A DNA stretch of 63,808 nt, the filler included, from Lama guanicoe (lineage: Eukaryota), in assembly GCA_013239625.1 (NCBI GenBank). It is 94 parts of 94 records of this genome, joined end to end, with 100 filler letters (N's around TTAATTAATTAA, not from the genome) between each part and the next. Parts side by side here need not be neighbours in the genome. Positions count along the whole stretch, not along the records: positions 49,243 to 49,774 come from PNXV01028243.1; positions 49,875 to 50,106 come from PNXV01028244.1; positions 50,207 to 50,915 come from PNXV01028245.1; positions 51,016 to 51,736 come from PNXV01028246.1; positions 51,837 to 52,095 come from PNXV01028247.1; positions 52,196 to 52,605 come from PNXV01028248.1; positions 52,706 to 53,553 come from PNXV01028249.1; positions 53,654 to 54,247 come from PNXV01028250.1; 86 more parts are not named here. One strand, given 5' to 3'. Position 1 is the stretch's first letter; each line of letters begins with the position of its first letter. Position numbers and translations under genes: made by a program. Shown here piece after piece: positions 49,601 to 61,674 of this stretch. Under the pieces are notes generated by a model. The model was not told the DNA's origin. It searched no databases and was given only the letters and a program-made list of their open reading frames with translations.

Positions 49601-50206
49601 CACACTAGCATATAAAGAGTGCTACTCTAAATACTACATTTTGGTGCTAACTCATATTTTAATAGTTTTGCTATAAACACAGTTGTTTATTTTGTGTATT
49701 TCTTCTTCAGAAAATTTGTGGGAAAAATGGTGCTATGGCAGGTCTGCACTTGTCCCTCCCTCCTAGGGGATGCCNNNNNNNNNNNNNNNNNNNNNNNNNN
49801 NNNNNNNNNNNNNNNNNNTTAATTAATTAANNNNNNNNNNNNNNNNNNNNNNNNNNNNNNNNNNNNNNNNNNNNTAAGTTTTTGTCTTGTTGTTACCCTT
49901 TTATATAAGTCTTTTTGACCATTGCTAAAACTGCTTTATTAAACTGATAGTAAAATGATGTCAAAACTGTCCAAATGAGAACAAAAACATTTAAAAGGAA
50001 AGACCAAAAAAAAATTCCCTATTTTCCTGCCTCCCTCTTCTTCTCTCAATGATTTGCATGTCTTTTTTTAAAATTTTGTGTTTATTTTATTTATAATTCA
50101 TGTGTTNNNNNNNNNNNNNNNNNNNNNNNNNNNNNNNNNNNNNNNNNNNNTTAATTAATTAANNNNNNNNNNNNNNNNNNNNNNNNNNNNNNNNNNNNNN
50201 NNNNNN

Positions 50207-50915
50207 GTGTAAAATCGATTTTGTGCTGTTACCTCCCCATATATATGTACGTTTTTTAATTTTCAACTGAAAAGAAAATTTGTGTTGCCAGCAAGCTAGG
50301 TGAAGGGTGGTGTCACACACATCTATCTCACAGAAATTAGCATGTGGAGAGACTTTGTTTCATCTAGCACCAAGGGAGCGGTTTAAAACTGATACAAATA
50401 TTCTCATTTCTACCTCTGTTTCCTGGGTCGGTTTGATATTTCTGCATTATTAACTGAAAAACCAAGTTGGAGCTAGCACCTCTCCATATATATATAAGTA
50501 TTGTACATTCCTAATGAAAAAACACTTTCTGTTCCCAACTTGCTAGTTTAAGTAAGTCTTTCACACACAACTTTCTCTCAAAATTAGCATGTGGAGAGAC
50601 TTTCACTCATCTAGCACGAAAGGAACAGTTTGCAGGAGAAACAGTTACTCTGGTTTCTCAGTCTGTTTCCTAGTGCCTGTTTGAAATTCCTGCAGCTTTC
50701 ACTGTAAAACCAATTTGGAGCCAGGACCTCCCCATGTATATCTCTGTAGTGTAATTTCCAAATGAATAAGTCTTTGTGTTCCAATAAGCCAGGTGAAGGA
50801 CGGATTTCGCACACAATTATCTCTCAGATTTAAGCATGTGGGGAGACTATCATTCATCTAGCACATATGGAACGTTTTGAAGTAGACACACTTACTCTGG
50901 GTTCCCAGTCTGCAT
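50207..50915. repeat. 249-bp satellite, diverged monomers (~2.8 copies)
   Basis: agcatgtgg(a/g)agac recurs at ~50340, ~50587 and ~50834. Confidence 0.93.
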
Positions 50916-51015
50916 NNNNNNNNNNNNNNNNNNNNNNNNNNNNNNNNNNNNNNNNNNNNTTAATTAATTAANNNNNNNNNNNNNNNNNNNNNNNNNNNNN
51001 NNNNNNNNNNNNNNN

Positions 51016-51736
51016 CAGTTACTCTGGTTTCTCAGTCTGTTTCCTAGTGCGAGATTGAAGTTCCAGCAGTTTTCACTGTAAATCCGAGTTGGCGATTTTA
51101 CCTCCCCATATATATGTATGCAGTGGAGTTTGCAACTGAAGAGAAACTTTGTGTTCCCAACAAGCTCGGTGAAGGACGGCTTTCACACACGCTTATCCCT
51201 CAAATCTGATCATGTGGAGAGACGTTCGTTCATCTAGCACAAAGGGAACAGTTTGTGGGAAACAGTTACTCTGGTTTCTCAGTCTGTTTCCTAGTGCCGG
51301 TTTGAAGTTCCTGCAGTTTTCACCGTAAAACCGAGTTGGAGCTTGTTCCTCCCCATATATATGTATGGAGTGCTGTCGGCACCTGAAGAGAAACTTTATG
51401 TTCCCAACAAGCTAATTGAAGGACGGCTTTCACACACGCTTATCCCTCAAATCTGATCATGTGGAGAGACGTTCGTTCATCTAGCACAAAGGGAAGAGTT
51501 TGCAGGAGGAACAGTTACTCTGGTTTCTCAGTCTGTTTCCTAGGGCCGGTATGAAGTTACTGCAGTTTTCACTGTAAAACCGAGTTGGAGCATGTACCTC
51601 CCCTTATATATGTATGGAGTGAATTCTGCAACTGAAGAGAAACTTTGTGTTCTCAACAAGCTAGGTTAAGGACGGCTTTCACACACACTTTACTCTCAAA
51701 ATTGAGCATGTGGAGAGACGTTCGTTCATCTAGCAC
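51016..51736. repeat. 249-bp satellite (~2.9 copies)
   Basis: catgtggagagacgttcg at 51211, 51458 and 51707. Confidence 0.96.
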
Positions 51737-52195
51737 NNNNNNNNNNNNNNNNNNNNNNNNNNNNNNNNNNNNNNNNNNNNTTAATTAATTAANNNNNNNN
51801 NNNNNNNNNNNNNNNNNNNNNNNNNNNNNNNNNNNNTGGAGCCGGGGAAAGGGATGGGCTGCAAGATGTATGACGCAGCCGCAACAGTGCCCGCGCTTCT
51901 AGGCAGGTATCTAAAATCGCCCCGACAAGGTGTCAAACATTTGTGCCCACGTCCTCATCAAAAGACATGTATTAAAGACAAATGGAACCATATAAAAGGC
52001 CAATACCCTTGATGGGTACACCGTCCAAAGAACAAATTCTCAGTTAGACAACTGGCCATCTCGGTTCCCTGGGATTCATTCTTGAAGAACCTTAANNNNN
52101 NNNNNNNNNNNNNNNNNNNNNNNNNNNNNNNNNNNNNNNTTAATTAATTAANNNNNNNNNNNNNNNNNNNNNNNNNNNNNNNNNNNNNNNNNNNN

Positions 52196-52437
52196 CCCCG
52201 GTCCATGTCCACTGGCCCCGCCGACGGCGCGGCCGTACGTTTACTGTCTGTGGGACGCAGCCCCAGAAAGGATGTCGGCCCCCGACTGACGAGGCCAGAA
52301 CTAGTCGCCCGGCCGAGCAAGCCGCCATCCCCAGCAGCAAGCACCGCCACGGTCCCAGGCAGCTGCACAATTACGGAGCCCGCTGCCCGCCCCAGAAGCG
52401 CACGCCAGCCCGCGCGGAGCGCCGCGCCTGTAGCCAT
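52196..52437 (-). CDS. Candidate first coding exon, gene unidentified (MATGAALRAGWRALLG...; second in-frame ATG at 52206)
   Basis: gccATGG Kozak context downstream of CCAAT/GC boxes and frame open to the contig end; could instead be 5' UTR. Confidence 0.3.
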
Positions 52438-52605
52438 GGCAACGCCGCGGGGCCCTCCCCTAGCGCTTGCGTCTGCGTCTTCCCGAGGCTAGACGTGCGA
52501 TGGCCGAACTTGCGGAGCCAATGGGAGCCAGGACGCGGCCAGGACGGGTACGGGGTGAGGCTTATGGGGCAGCTGGGCGGGGCCGCGGCGGGCGGGGCCG
52601 CGCGG
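52196..52605. promoter_or_regulatory. CpG-island promoter fragment with RFX X-box (52430-52443), CCAAT box (52518-52522) and two GC boxes (52575, 52590)
   Basis: Very high GC and CpG content; GTAGCCATGGCAAC matches GTTGCCATGGCAAC at 13/14; AGCCAATGG; GGGCGGGGC twice. Confidence 0.8.
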
Positions 52606-53959
52606 NNNNNNNNNNNNNNNNNNNNNNNNNNNNNNNNNNNNNNNNNNNNTTAATTAATTAANNNNNNNNNNNNNNNNNNNNNNNNNNNNNNNNNNNNNNN
52701 NNNNNACCTAACAACCACGCTGATAGCCCTGGTCTCCACTTTGCCTGCCTGCTCGGATAACGGAGACTGGTTTTATACATTAGAGCAACAAAGAAAAGAT
52801 GTCTGAGACAGGTCCTAAATTCTCAGCAACACAAAATGATCAGAACTTGCACGTTCTGATGCTGAAGGAATGGGAGAACAGGAGTAAGCAGGGATGCTCG
52901 GGAAGGGTTTCTGGTAAGAAGAAAAGGTTGCTACAGAGGAAGCAAGATGCTCTGGGAAAGGAAATGGTAACACCTCTTCCCTGGATCTGTCCTGACCCAG
53001 GGAATTGTGACCAAGGCAGAAAGACTTCCCTCAGGAATTTTTACTGAGGATTCCTAGAATGTCGAAAGGTGGGACTTGGATAACCATGAACTGCTCTTTT
53101 GCTGCACACCTCCAGGGGGTGCCCTTTGCATTGTGTCTGTCTCAATAGAAACTCCTAAGGTGTGTGGTGTATAGCCAGGGAGGCTATAAATTAACCTCCT
53201 TTTGCGTTTTTTTTTTTTCCCAAAACCTTTGCTTGAACTTCTCTGGACAGATGGAGGGGCTTCAACTTCCATCAAATACTCAAAAAGGCTCCTAATGTAA
53301 GAAAATTCAAGAAACACTGCACTCCTGGGGTTTAAGATGGAACTACTACCAGAGTAGTCCTCATATTTATCACTCTTGCAAAAAAGTATGGTGTCTTAGA
53401 ATTTTGAAACATGCATTTGACCCCTGTTGTTTACCTCATAATTGGTAACTAGCGTGTATAATTGCATAACTATAATTGCATAACTGCATAATTGCAGAAC
53501 TAGCGTATATCGCCCCATCACGTGTGTGCTGTTCAGGGATGCCGGTGAAGTTGNNNNNNNNNNNNNNNNNNNNNNNNNNNNNNNNNNNNNNNNNNNNTTA
53601 ATTAATTAANNNNNNNNNNNNNNNNNNNNNNNNNNNNNNNNNNNNNNNNNNNNAACAAACTAAGGCTTTATAACTTTCTCAAAAGTCATTTCTAATTTAA
53701 ATATTCTCTTTGTGGAACACTAAGTTACCTATTTGTGAACCAACAACTTTGCAACTACAGGAGGGCCTGTTGGATTAAATCTGAACTTTCTTGGCTGTTT
53801 ATGCTTGTTGAATGTACTGTGTTTGAATTCCTAGCTTCCTCCTAAATATCTAGTTAAAATATAAACAATTTGTTTCTGAAGGAAATGTCACAACTTCAGG
53901 AAATTTTATTCCAAACTGAATGCCTCTGTATTCAGAAAAGGAAGAAACCTGAAGATGCT

Positions 53960-54150
53960 TGAGCATGTTATAAGGTGCTTTACACGTGGAGTTTTATTTG
54001 ATTTTCAACCCCTAACCTATGAGAAGGTATAGTCACCACTAATATGCAAATGAAAAAAACCAAGACTGAAAATAATTGCATAACTTCCCCAAGGGTACAT
54101 ACTTATGTCTGATCAACTCTGAAACTTCTTTCTATTCCAGCAGGATGCCT
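53960..54150 (-). mobile_element. MIR fragment
   Basis: aacctatgagaaggtat...tgcaaatgaaaaaaaccaagactgaa...aacttccccaaggg. Confidence 0.6.
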
Positions 54151-54689
54151 TCTGTAATCAAATCATGTTGTCATGTCCTCCATTTCAAGAGTTTAATTTT
54201 TCTTAAACATGAAAACAATTATATGAGCTAGAATTAGCTTTAATTGCNNNNNNNNNNNNNNNNNNNNNNNNNNNNNNNNNNNNNNNNNNNNTTAATTAAT
54301 TAANNNNNNNNNNNNNNNNNNNNNNNNNNNNNNNNNNNNNNNNNNNNTTAGAATAGAAGGAGAGATAAATAACTTACACAAAAGCAAATACTAAAATAAA
54401 TTAGCGACAGAAATAGAAATAATGAAAATCTATTCTAAGAAAAAAAGAAGCAGTATGCCATAGAAATGAGAAAGGCATTATTAAAAAGGTAATAGCTACA
54501 ATGACTTACAATAGAATAAACATGATGTTAAAAAGAGGACATTAAAATTTTTAAGGGTTAGAGAGTGAAACAGGACAATACAGAGTATTTTCTTCTTGTT
54601 TCTGTTCTCTTTATGATGGGTTAGAATTGTATTCATATCAGTTAAAATAAACAGATATAATAATGGGTCAATATGCATACAAAAGAGTT

Positions 54690-54886
54690 TAAGTCAAAAG
54701 CTTACAATGAAGTCACAAAGCGAAAAGAAACAAAGATAATAAAAGAAAACTTATCAAACCACAAAAAGAAAAAGAAATGAACAAAAAGGAAATAAAAAAT
54801 CAAATGGAAAATATTCAAAATGGAAATAAACACCAGACTCTCAATAATTATCACAAATGTTAATGCACATAGTGATTCAATCAAAA
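54690..54886 (+). mobile_element. Old L1 inter-ORF region / ORF2 start
   Basis: A-rich; caaaatggaaataaacaccag...tcaataattatcacaaatgttaatg...caatcaaaa. Confidence 0.6.
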
Positions 54887-54986
54887 NNNNNNNNNNNNNN
54901 NNNNNNNNNNNNNNNNNNNNNNNNNNNNNNTTAATTAATTAANNNNNNNNNNNNNNNNNNNNNNNNNNNNNNNNNNNNNNNNNNNN

Positions 54987-55466
54987 TTCAAACCAGCACT
55001 AGGAAACAGACTGAGAAACCAGAGTAAGTGTTTATTCTGCAACCTGTTCCTTTGTGCTAGATGAACAAATGTCTCTCCACATGCTCAGTTTTGAGAGTTA
55101 AGCGTGTGTGAAAGCTGTCTTTCACCTAGCTTTTTGGGAACACAAAGTTTCTCTTCAGTTGCAATATCCACAACATACATATATATGGGGAGGTACAAGC
55201 TCCAACTTTGTTTTACAGTGAGAACTGCAGGAACTTCAAACCAGCACTAGGAAACAGACTGAGAAACCAGAGTAAGTGTTTATTCTGCAACCTGTTCCTT
55301 TGTGCTAGATGAACAAATGTCTCTCCACATGCTCAGTTTTGAGAGTTAAGCGTGTGTGAAAGCCATCCTTCAACTAGCTTGAGGGGAACACAAAGTTTCT
55401 CTTCAGTTGCAATATCCACAACATACATATATATGGGGAGTTCATGCTCCAACTCGTTTTTTTTTT
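54987..55466. repeat. 249-bp family satellite, reverse orientation, two near-identical 248-bp monomers
   Basis: ttcaaaccagcactagg at 54987 and 55235. Confidence 0.96.
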
Positions 55467-55566
55467 NNNNNNNNNNNNNNNNNNNNNNNNNNNNNNNNNN
55501 NNNNNNNNNNTTAATTAATTAANNNNNNNNNNNNNNNNNNNNNNNNNNNNNNNNNNNNNNNNNNNN

Positions 55567-55880
55567 TATATCATAAGACAAAGAATTAGGAAGTATAAGA
55601 AAGGAAGAAATAAAACGCTGCTATTTATAAATAGCATAATTGTATAAACAGAAACTCCAAAAGAAACTGTAAATAATATATCCAAATCTATAAATAAATT
55701 CAATATGGTCACTAGAAAGAAAATAAATACTATATTAATATAGTTACATTTATATTTTATAACAAAGGGTATTTAGAAAATAAAATTAATAGTATCATTT
55801 ACAACTGGATCAAGAATATAAATAATCAGAAATGCACTAAAGAAAGATGTTCAAGAACTTTCTATTAAATATTACACCAT
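55567..55880 (+). mobile_element. L1 ORF2 (RT) fragment
   Basis: aaaggaagaaataaaacgctgctattt...cataattgtataaacagaaactccaaaagaa. Confidence 0.8.
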
Positions 55881-55977
55881 ATTAATTTCCTATTGTTGAT
55901 TTAGAAATTGCCACAAACTTAGTAAAATACATATTCATTATCTTACAATTCTGTAGATCAGATTTAGAAAGTGGGTT
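55879..55977 (-). mobile_element. MaLR LTR 3' end fragment
   Basis: tattaatttcctattgttg...ccacaaacttagt...ttattatc-like cattatcttacaattctgtagatcaga. Confidence 0.7.
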
Positions 55978-57074
55978 NNNNNNNNNNNNNNNNNNNNNNN
56001 NNNNNNNNNNNNNNNNNNNNNTTAATTAATTAANNNNNNNNNNNNNNNNNNNNNNNNNNNNNNNNNNNNNNNNNNNNATTCCTAGTACAGCTTTACATTT
56101 TTTATAATAGTGATGTAAACTTTGATTACAGAAATCTTTCCTGTATATCTATAAATGAATAAGAATTTAAAAATTGGCTTGTTGCTTAGTTGCAAGGAGT
56201 AATTTTACTCTACCTATGATCTCATAAATTTCTATCTTAACCTAAAAAGATTACTGGAGTATCATTGATTTGGGGGAAATTTGATTTTCTTTCTTACTTT
56301 AAGAAACTTTAAAAAAAAAACCAGATGTGTAGGTATTTAAGTAAAAAAGATTTTCTTTCTTTGGTATTTTTCTCACTGTTGTAAATTTTTTGATAATCTA
56401 AAAATTTCAGCTGATTTATTTTTCAAATTATATGCTCATCACGACTACAGAAGGCTTATATTTGCTCAGAGAAAATGAACAAATTATTTCAACAACTGAA
56501 AATATTTTTAAATTGCCTAATATATACTAAACACATTCATTTAACAATAGATACTATCAAAGCGCTGCAGTCTGTAGTCAGTAGTGTGTGGGAAACTCAC
56601 ATTTGCTGCCTTAGTTTTCATTTTCTAAAATTATCTTCTGTTTCTCAATGATAATTTTCTTCATGTCCTGAATGAAAAAAGAACTAAGTATACTAAGACC
56701 TGTTCCAATGCTACCTCTGCCTCATCTGATGTGAAAAGTTTCTGGTCCCCTCTTCTGTTAGCTGGAACGCTGCTTCCTAGGCAGTGACCAAGGATTTGGC
56801 CCCCTCTCTGAGCTTTTATTTGCAGTGCCCCTGGGGCATCTTTAACCCGTCAAACCTCCCTGAGATAAGACAATGGCTGCCAGTAGGTACCCTGTCTGTG
56901 GGCTTTTAACATTAACAATGGGGCATTANNNNNNNNNNNNNNNNNNNNNNNNNNNNNNNNNNNNNNNNNNNNTTAATTAATTAANNNNNNNNNNNNNNNN
57001 NNNNNNNNNNNNNNNNNNNNNNNNNNNNCCCTGGATCTAAGCTCATGTGGAGACAGTCACTTGCAGGACAATGT

Positions 57075-57310
57075 TAACGAGCTTTGGGGTCAAACACATT
57101 TAAGTTCAGTCCCCACCTGCACAATTTTTAGTTGTATATATCCATTAATTTTACTGAGCCTTCTCTTCAGATACAACATGAAGATGGGCATGCCTGCTCT
57201 ACCTGTCACCTGTAAAGGGAGGGAATAAATCCTCTTCATTTGAACTGTGAGTACGAAATTAGAGAAAGTATATAAAAGGGCCTGCAGTGTAGTCACTCAG
57301 TCAATTTGTG
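57075..57310 (+). mobile_element. MIR fragment
   Basis: gagctttggggtcaaacacatttaagttc...ctgagccttctcttcagatacaacatgaagat. Confidence 0.65.
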
Positions 57311-57679
57311 TTTTTCCACCTGTTTTTCACAAAATAAAATAAAATAGTAGCTGAAAAATTGCTTTGAATAGCATAAGATACTGTGCAGTCAAGAGAGATT
57401 ACTATGAATTCTTACTAATTAACTACTTTTAATCACATTGTCATACTCCCTCCTTTATTATTCAGCATGGCAACACGTGAGATTGGATTTTGGTNNNNNN
57501 NNNNNNNNNNNNNNNNNNNNNNNNNNNNNNNNNNNNNNTTAATTAATTAANNNNNNNNNNNNNNNNNNNNNNNNNNNNNNNNNNNNNNNNNNNNCTCCAC
57601 CCAGTTCTGATAAGCATTCATTCTTCATGTGCCTTAATATTCCTAGGGACAGTACTCACCGGGCTGCAGTGAAAAAATG

Positions 57680-57930
57680 ATAATAATTAATTGAGAAATT
57701 TTTGTGCTTTTTACTTTGTACCCAGAATTATACAAGGAGTTTTTTATACAGCTTTTAAAAATTTAATTCTCACATTATCTCAGTGATTTTAGTACTCTTC
57801 TCAAACCTACAAATGGAAAGAATAAGATGATGAGTGGAACCTTTGCAAAGATCCAGGGCTAGATAATGGTACATTCCAGATTGAACCAAGATATGTGTGA
57901 CTCCAAACCACACAAGCTCAGACATTGCAT
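57680..57930 (-). mobile_element. MIR fragment
   Basis: atttaattctcaca...tacaaatggaaagaataag...ccagattgaaccaagatatgtgtgactccaaacc. Confidence 0.65.
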
Positions 57931-59794
57931 CATACAATGTCATAGTCAATTTCTGAAGAAAACAATGTTCCTTAGATTGAAACTATTCTCATCACTTTAA
58001 TTCATGGATATATGTATCAATAAGACTACTCCTTTTAATGAATGACAACATTTTATGTAAACTGAGACAGCTACTATGTAGCAATTCTAGTTTCTTCAAA
58101 GGATTCCCATCATCCGCATTGCTACTCTCCTCTGTAAATGACAAAACTTGCATTTATCTTATGTAATCACCCTCATTGCTCCTCACCAGTCTCCTTNNNN
58201 NNNNNNNNNNNNNNNNNNNNNNNNNNNNNNNNNNNNNNNNTTAATTAATTAANNNNNNNNNNNNNNNNNNNNNNNNNNNNNNNNNNNNNNNNNNNNGTAG
58301 TAGTGGTCAAAAGAATGGCGTCAGAGAGCTGGGCCAGGTGGAGGAAGGACTGAGTTGAGACTCAAGGCTGTCGGGGCATAATCAGGGCCAGGAGCACAGC
58401 TTAGGCCAGTTTGGGCTGGGGCTGCCCCAGAACTCGGCTGGGACAGCGTACCCTGGGCATCTTTCCACAGCAGACTCGGAAGACGGCCCGAGTATGTAGC
58501 TGCTGACGAGTGCAGGAGAGCGTTTACTGCATCGTGTGTATAGTGCAGTCCCACTTTTGCAAAATATATAATGTGCCCACATGCATAATTTCTGTATCTT
58601 GAACTGACATTGGAAAGCAGCCCGTGCAGGCCGGGCAGAGCGTCGTGGAGAGGAGGGAGGTTCTGAAAGCTTGTGCACTAACCCCTCACTGTGTGGCGCC
58701 TGCGGAGCGGGCCGAGCAGGGGCGTGGGCCTTTGGCTGTCAGCAGATGTTTGCACTTTGTTTGACTTTGACTTTGTACATGGATTCCAGGTGGGCCAAGG
58801 CAAAGGCAAGCAGTCCAGGAAGGGGGGCCGGGTTCAAGGCTGGCGGTGGGAGCCAGGCAGGGTCACGTGCAGGGCCTGTGGTTCTGATACCCATGATCTC
58901 TGACCCTCCCTCACTCGGGGCAGGCTGTTTTAAACCAGGAATGTTCTGGAAACTGCCCGATACATGGTGGCTGTTGCAGAAGCTGGGGGACAAGTGTCGA
59001 GTTCCTGTTCCCATCTCTCAGATCTGTGCCCAGGATTTGGGCTGTTGGTCATTGCGGTGACCTCCGCTCGCACTAGGGATGCAATGGCCTGGTTGGTTTA
59101 GGACCCTCCCTCCCGCAGACCCTCNNNNNNNNNNNNNNNNNNNNNNNNNNNNNNNNNNNNNNNNNNNNTTAATTAATTAANNNNNNNNNNNNNNNNNNNN
59201 NNNNNNNNNNNNNNNNNNNNNNNNTAATCTGCCACCACTGTGTGAAGCTCCAGCCTCACTTCAGGTCTGCCAGGAATGAGTTTTTTTGTTTGTTTTTTGT
59301 TTTCTTTTTCTTTTTATGGACTTACTATGTCTACATGTCAGCTACTCTTTAAAAAAAAACCTGGACAGATTTATTCCACTGAAATTGGCTCCCGTTAACT
59401 AGTATATTTAGTTGGAATAGCTATTCTGAGAATAATCCTTCACAAAGAAATTATCCGTATCAGTTATTTTATGCCACAAAGTTATTCTCTATACCACTGG
59501 CAGGTCTAAAAATTCAAGTCGGTTTGTTCTTGCGAACTTGAAACACAATGGATACCATAGTACATTGTTAATAAATGACAGCTCTGGCCCTGACCAAAAC
59601 GTGCTGATTTAACTCCAAATGAACTGAAATAAGAGCCAGAATACAGGGAGAAAGAGGAAACGCTTCCTCCACCCTCCACCAGCGCGTTTTCTGANNNNNN
59701 NNNNNNNNNNNNNNNNNNNNNNNNNNNNNNNNNNNNNNTTAATTAATTAANNNNNNNNNNNNNNNNNNNNNNNNNNNNNNNNNNNNNNNNNNNN

Positions 59795-60432
59795 TTGTCT
59801 CTCGAGCTCCCCACGCACTGACAATGGTTCCGGAATTCTGAGCATGGGGAGATTCCACCAGTGGTCGGCAGCGCGTGGGTTCCAACGGAATACCTGAGCT
59901 CATCTATCCTGAGGGTTTTCCTAATGTCTCTGTGCCAGGGAATGTTAGGGGGGTTTGCAGGAATTCCGAATGTCAGAGGCTGCCTCCCCAAGGTAAGGGA
60001 AACTATTTCTCGGACTTCCCCAGACAGGGAACACCTGTGAATGAAGAGAGCTGCGTGGAGTTCTCTCTCGAGCTCCCCCACGCACTGACAATAGTTCCGG
60101 AATCCTGAGCGTGGGCAGGTTCCACCAACGGTCGGCAGGGCGTGGGCTCTAACGGAATGTCTAAGCTCGATTCCCCTGGGTTTTTTCCTAATGTCTCTGT
60201 GCCAGGGAATGCTAGGGGGGGTTGCAGGCAATCCCAGTGACAGAGGTTGCCTCCCCAAGGTCAGGGAAGGTATTTCTCGGACTCCCCGTTCAGGGAACAC
60301 CTGTGAGTGACGAGAGCTGCGTGGAGTTGTCTCTCGAGATTCCCCACACACTGAAAATTTTTCCGGAATCCTGAGCATTGGGTGGTTCCACCAACGGTCG
60401 GCAGGGCGTGGGTTCTAACGGAATGTCTAAGC
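59795..60432. repeat. GC-rich satellite, 266-bp monomer (~2.4 copies)
   Basis: CTCGAG at 59801, 60067 and 60333; same family as 20984-21555. Confidence 0.96.
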
Positions 60433-61198
60433 NNNNNNNNNNNNNNNNNNNNNNNNNNNNNNNNNNNNNNNNNNNNTTAATTAATTAANNNNNNNNNNNN
60501 NNNNNNNNNNNNNNNNNNNNNNNNNNNNNNNNTTTGGGTCATAAAACAAGGGGCTTCCCTAGAAAGAAATAAACAACTGAGTCCCATAACATAATGATTT
60601 GGTGTCAAGAAGATTGTTTCCTGGGAAGAATCTGATGATATTTTTATTGTGTATTTCATATCATCTTCTTTAATTTTGGTTAAAAATGAATCTATGGCCT
60701 TCATTACCAAGTTAAAGATTGCTGGGGTGATTAAACGCTTCTGTTTAATGTGTAAACAGAAGGAATCCTTATTATGGCATAAGAAGTGAGGCCAATAGGA
60801 TGCTGTGCCTGCTTTCTTTGGTGCTCACTTAAAGACATTTCAATTTAATGCATATTTATGAAGAATGTCCTATTTATAAGAGACCAAGTGGTCACTTATC
60901 AGGGCAATGATGAGTGATGGTCCACAGTCACTCTTCTCAAGATTTTACAACTGAGATAAAACTTATACAAAGTGTACATATGATGAGAAGGAATATTCAC
61001 CAAGCATGATATACAAAATGTCCTGAATAGGAAGGAGCAAGGAAGAGATTGCTGCTAGTTGCATGAATGGAAAAGTGAATGTGGATATTTTGCTTGGANN
61101 NNNNNNNNNNNNNNNNNNNNNNNNNNNNNNNNNNNNNNNNNNTTAATTAATTAANNNNNNNNNNNNNNNNNNNNNNNNNNNNNNNNNNNNNNNNNNNN

Positions 61199-61674
61199 GA
61201 GAAGGAAAGAATACTACAAAATGTATTTTATAATAAGACCAGTGTTACGCTGATAACTGATTTAGATGAAGATGTCTACAAAACAAAACCAGAAATCTAT
61301 GAAAGAACAAAATCTGTGGATCTAGCCACAAAAGTACTTCACACGAAGTTAACATATCAAATCCTATAATATATTTAAAGATTAATGTATCATGACCAAT
61401 TGAGGATTATTCTGGTAACACAAAAATCATTCAGTGTAATTCACTATATTCACAGACTAAAGAAGAAAAGCCATATGATTGCCTTGAGAGGAACTTTAAA
61501 AGAATTTGGCAAAATTCAATCTTCTTTCATGATAGAATCTCTCAAACTGATAAAGGATAACTGTGTAAAACCCACAGTTAATAGCATACTTAATAGTTAA
61601 TGAATGAATGTCTTCTTCCTGACATAGAGAATAATGAGGCATGCTGTCCACTCTAACCATTTCTATTTAACATT
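61199..61674 (+). mobile_element. L1 ORF2 fragment
   Basis: tatcatgaccaattgagg...aagaagaaaagccatatgatt...tttggcaaaattcaa...aaaacccacagttaatagcatacttaat. Confidence 0.85.

Noticed and set aside
51016..51736. CENP-B box in the 249-bp satellite (gTTCGttca...)
   Set aside because: Only the TTCG half matches NTTCGNNNNANNCGGGN; the A and CGGG are missing
59743..60378. Longest ORF in the track (211 aa) with internal repeats
   Set aside because: Translation of the 266-bp satellite; the frame shifts between monomers
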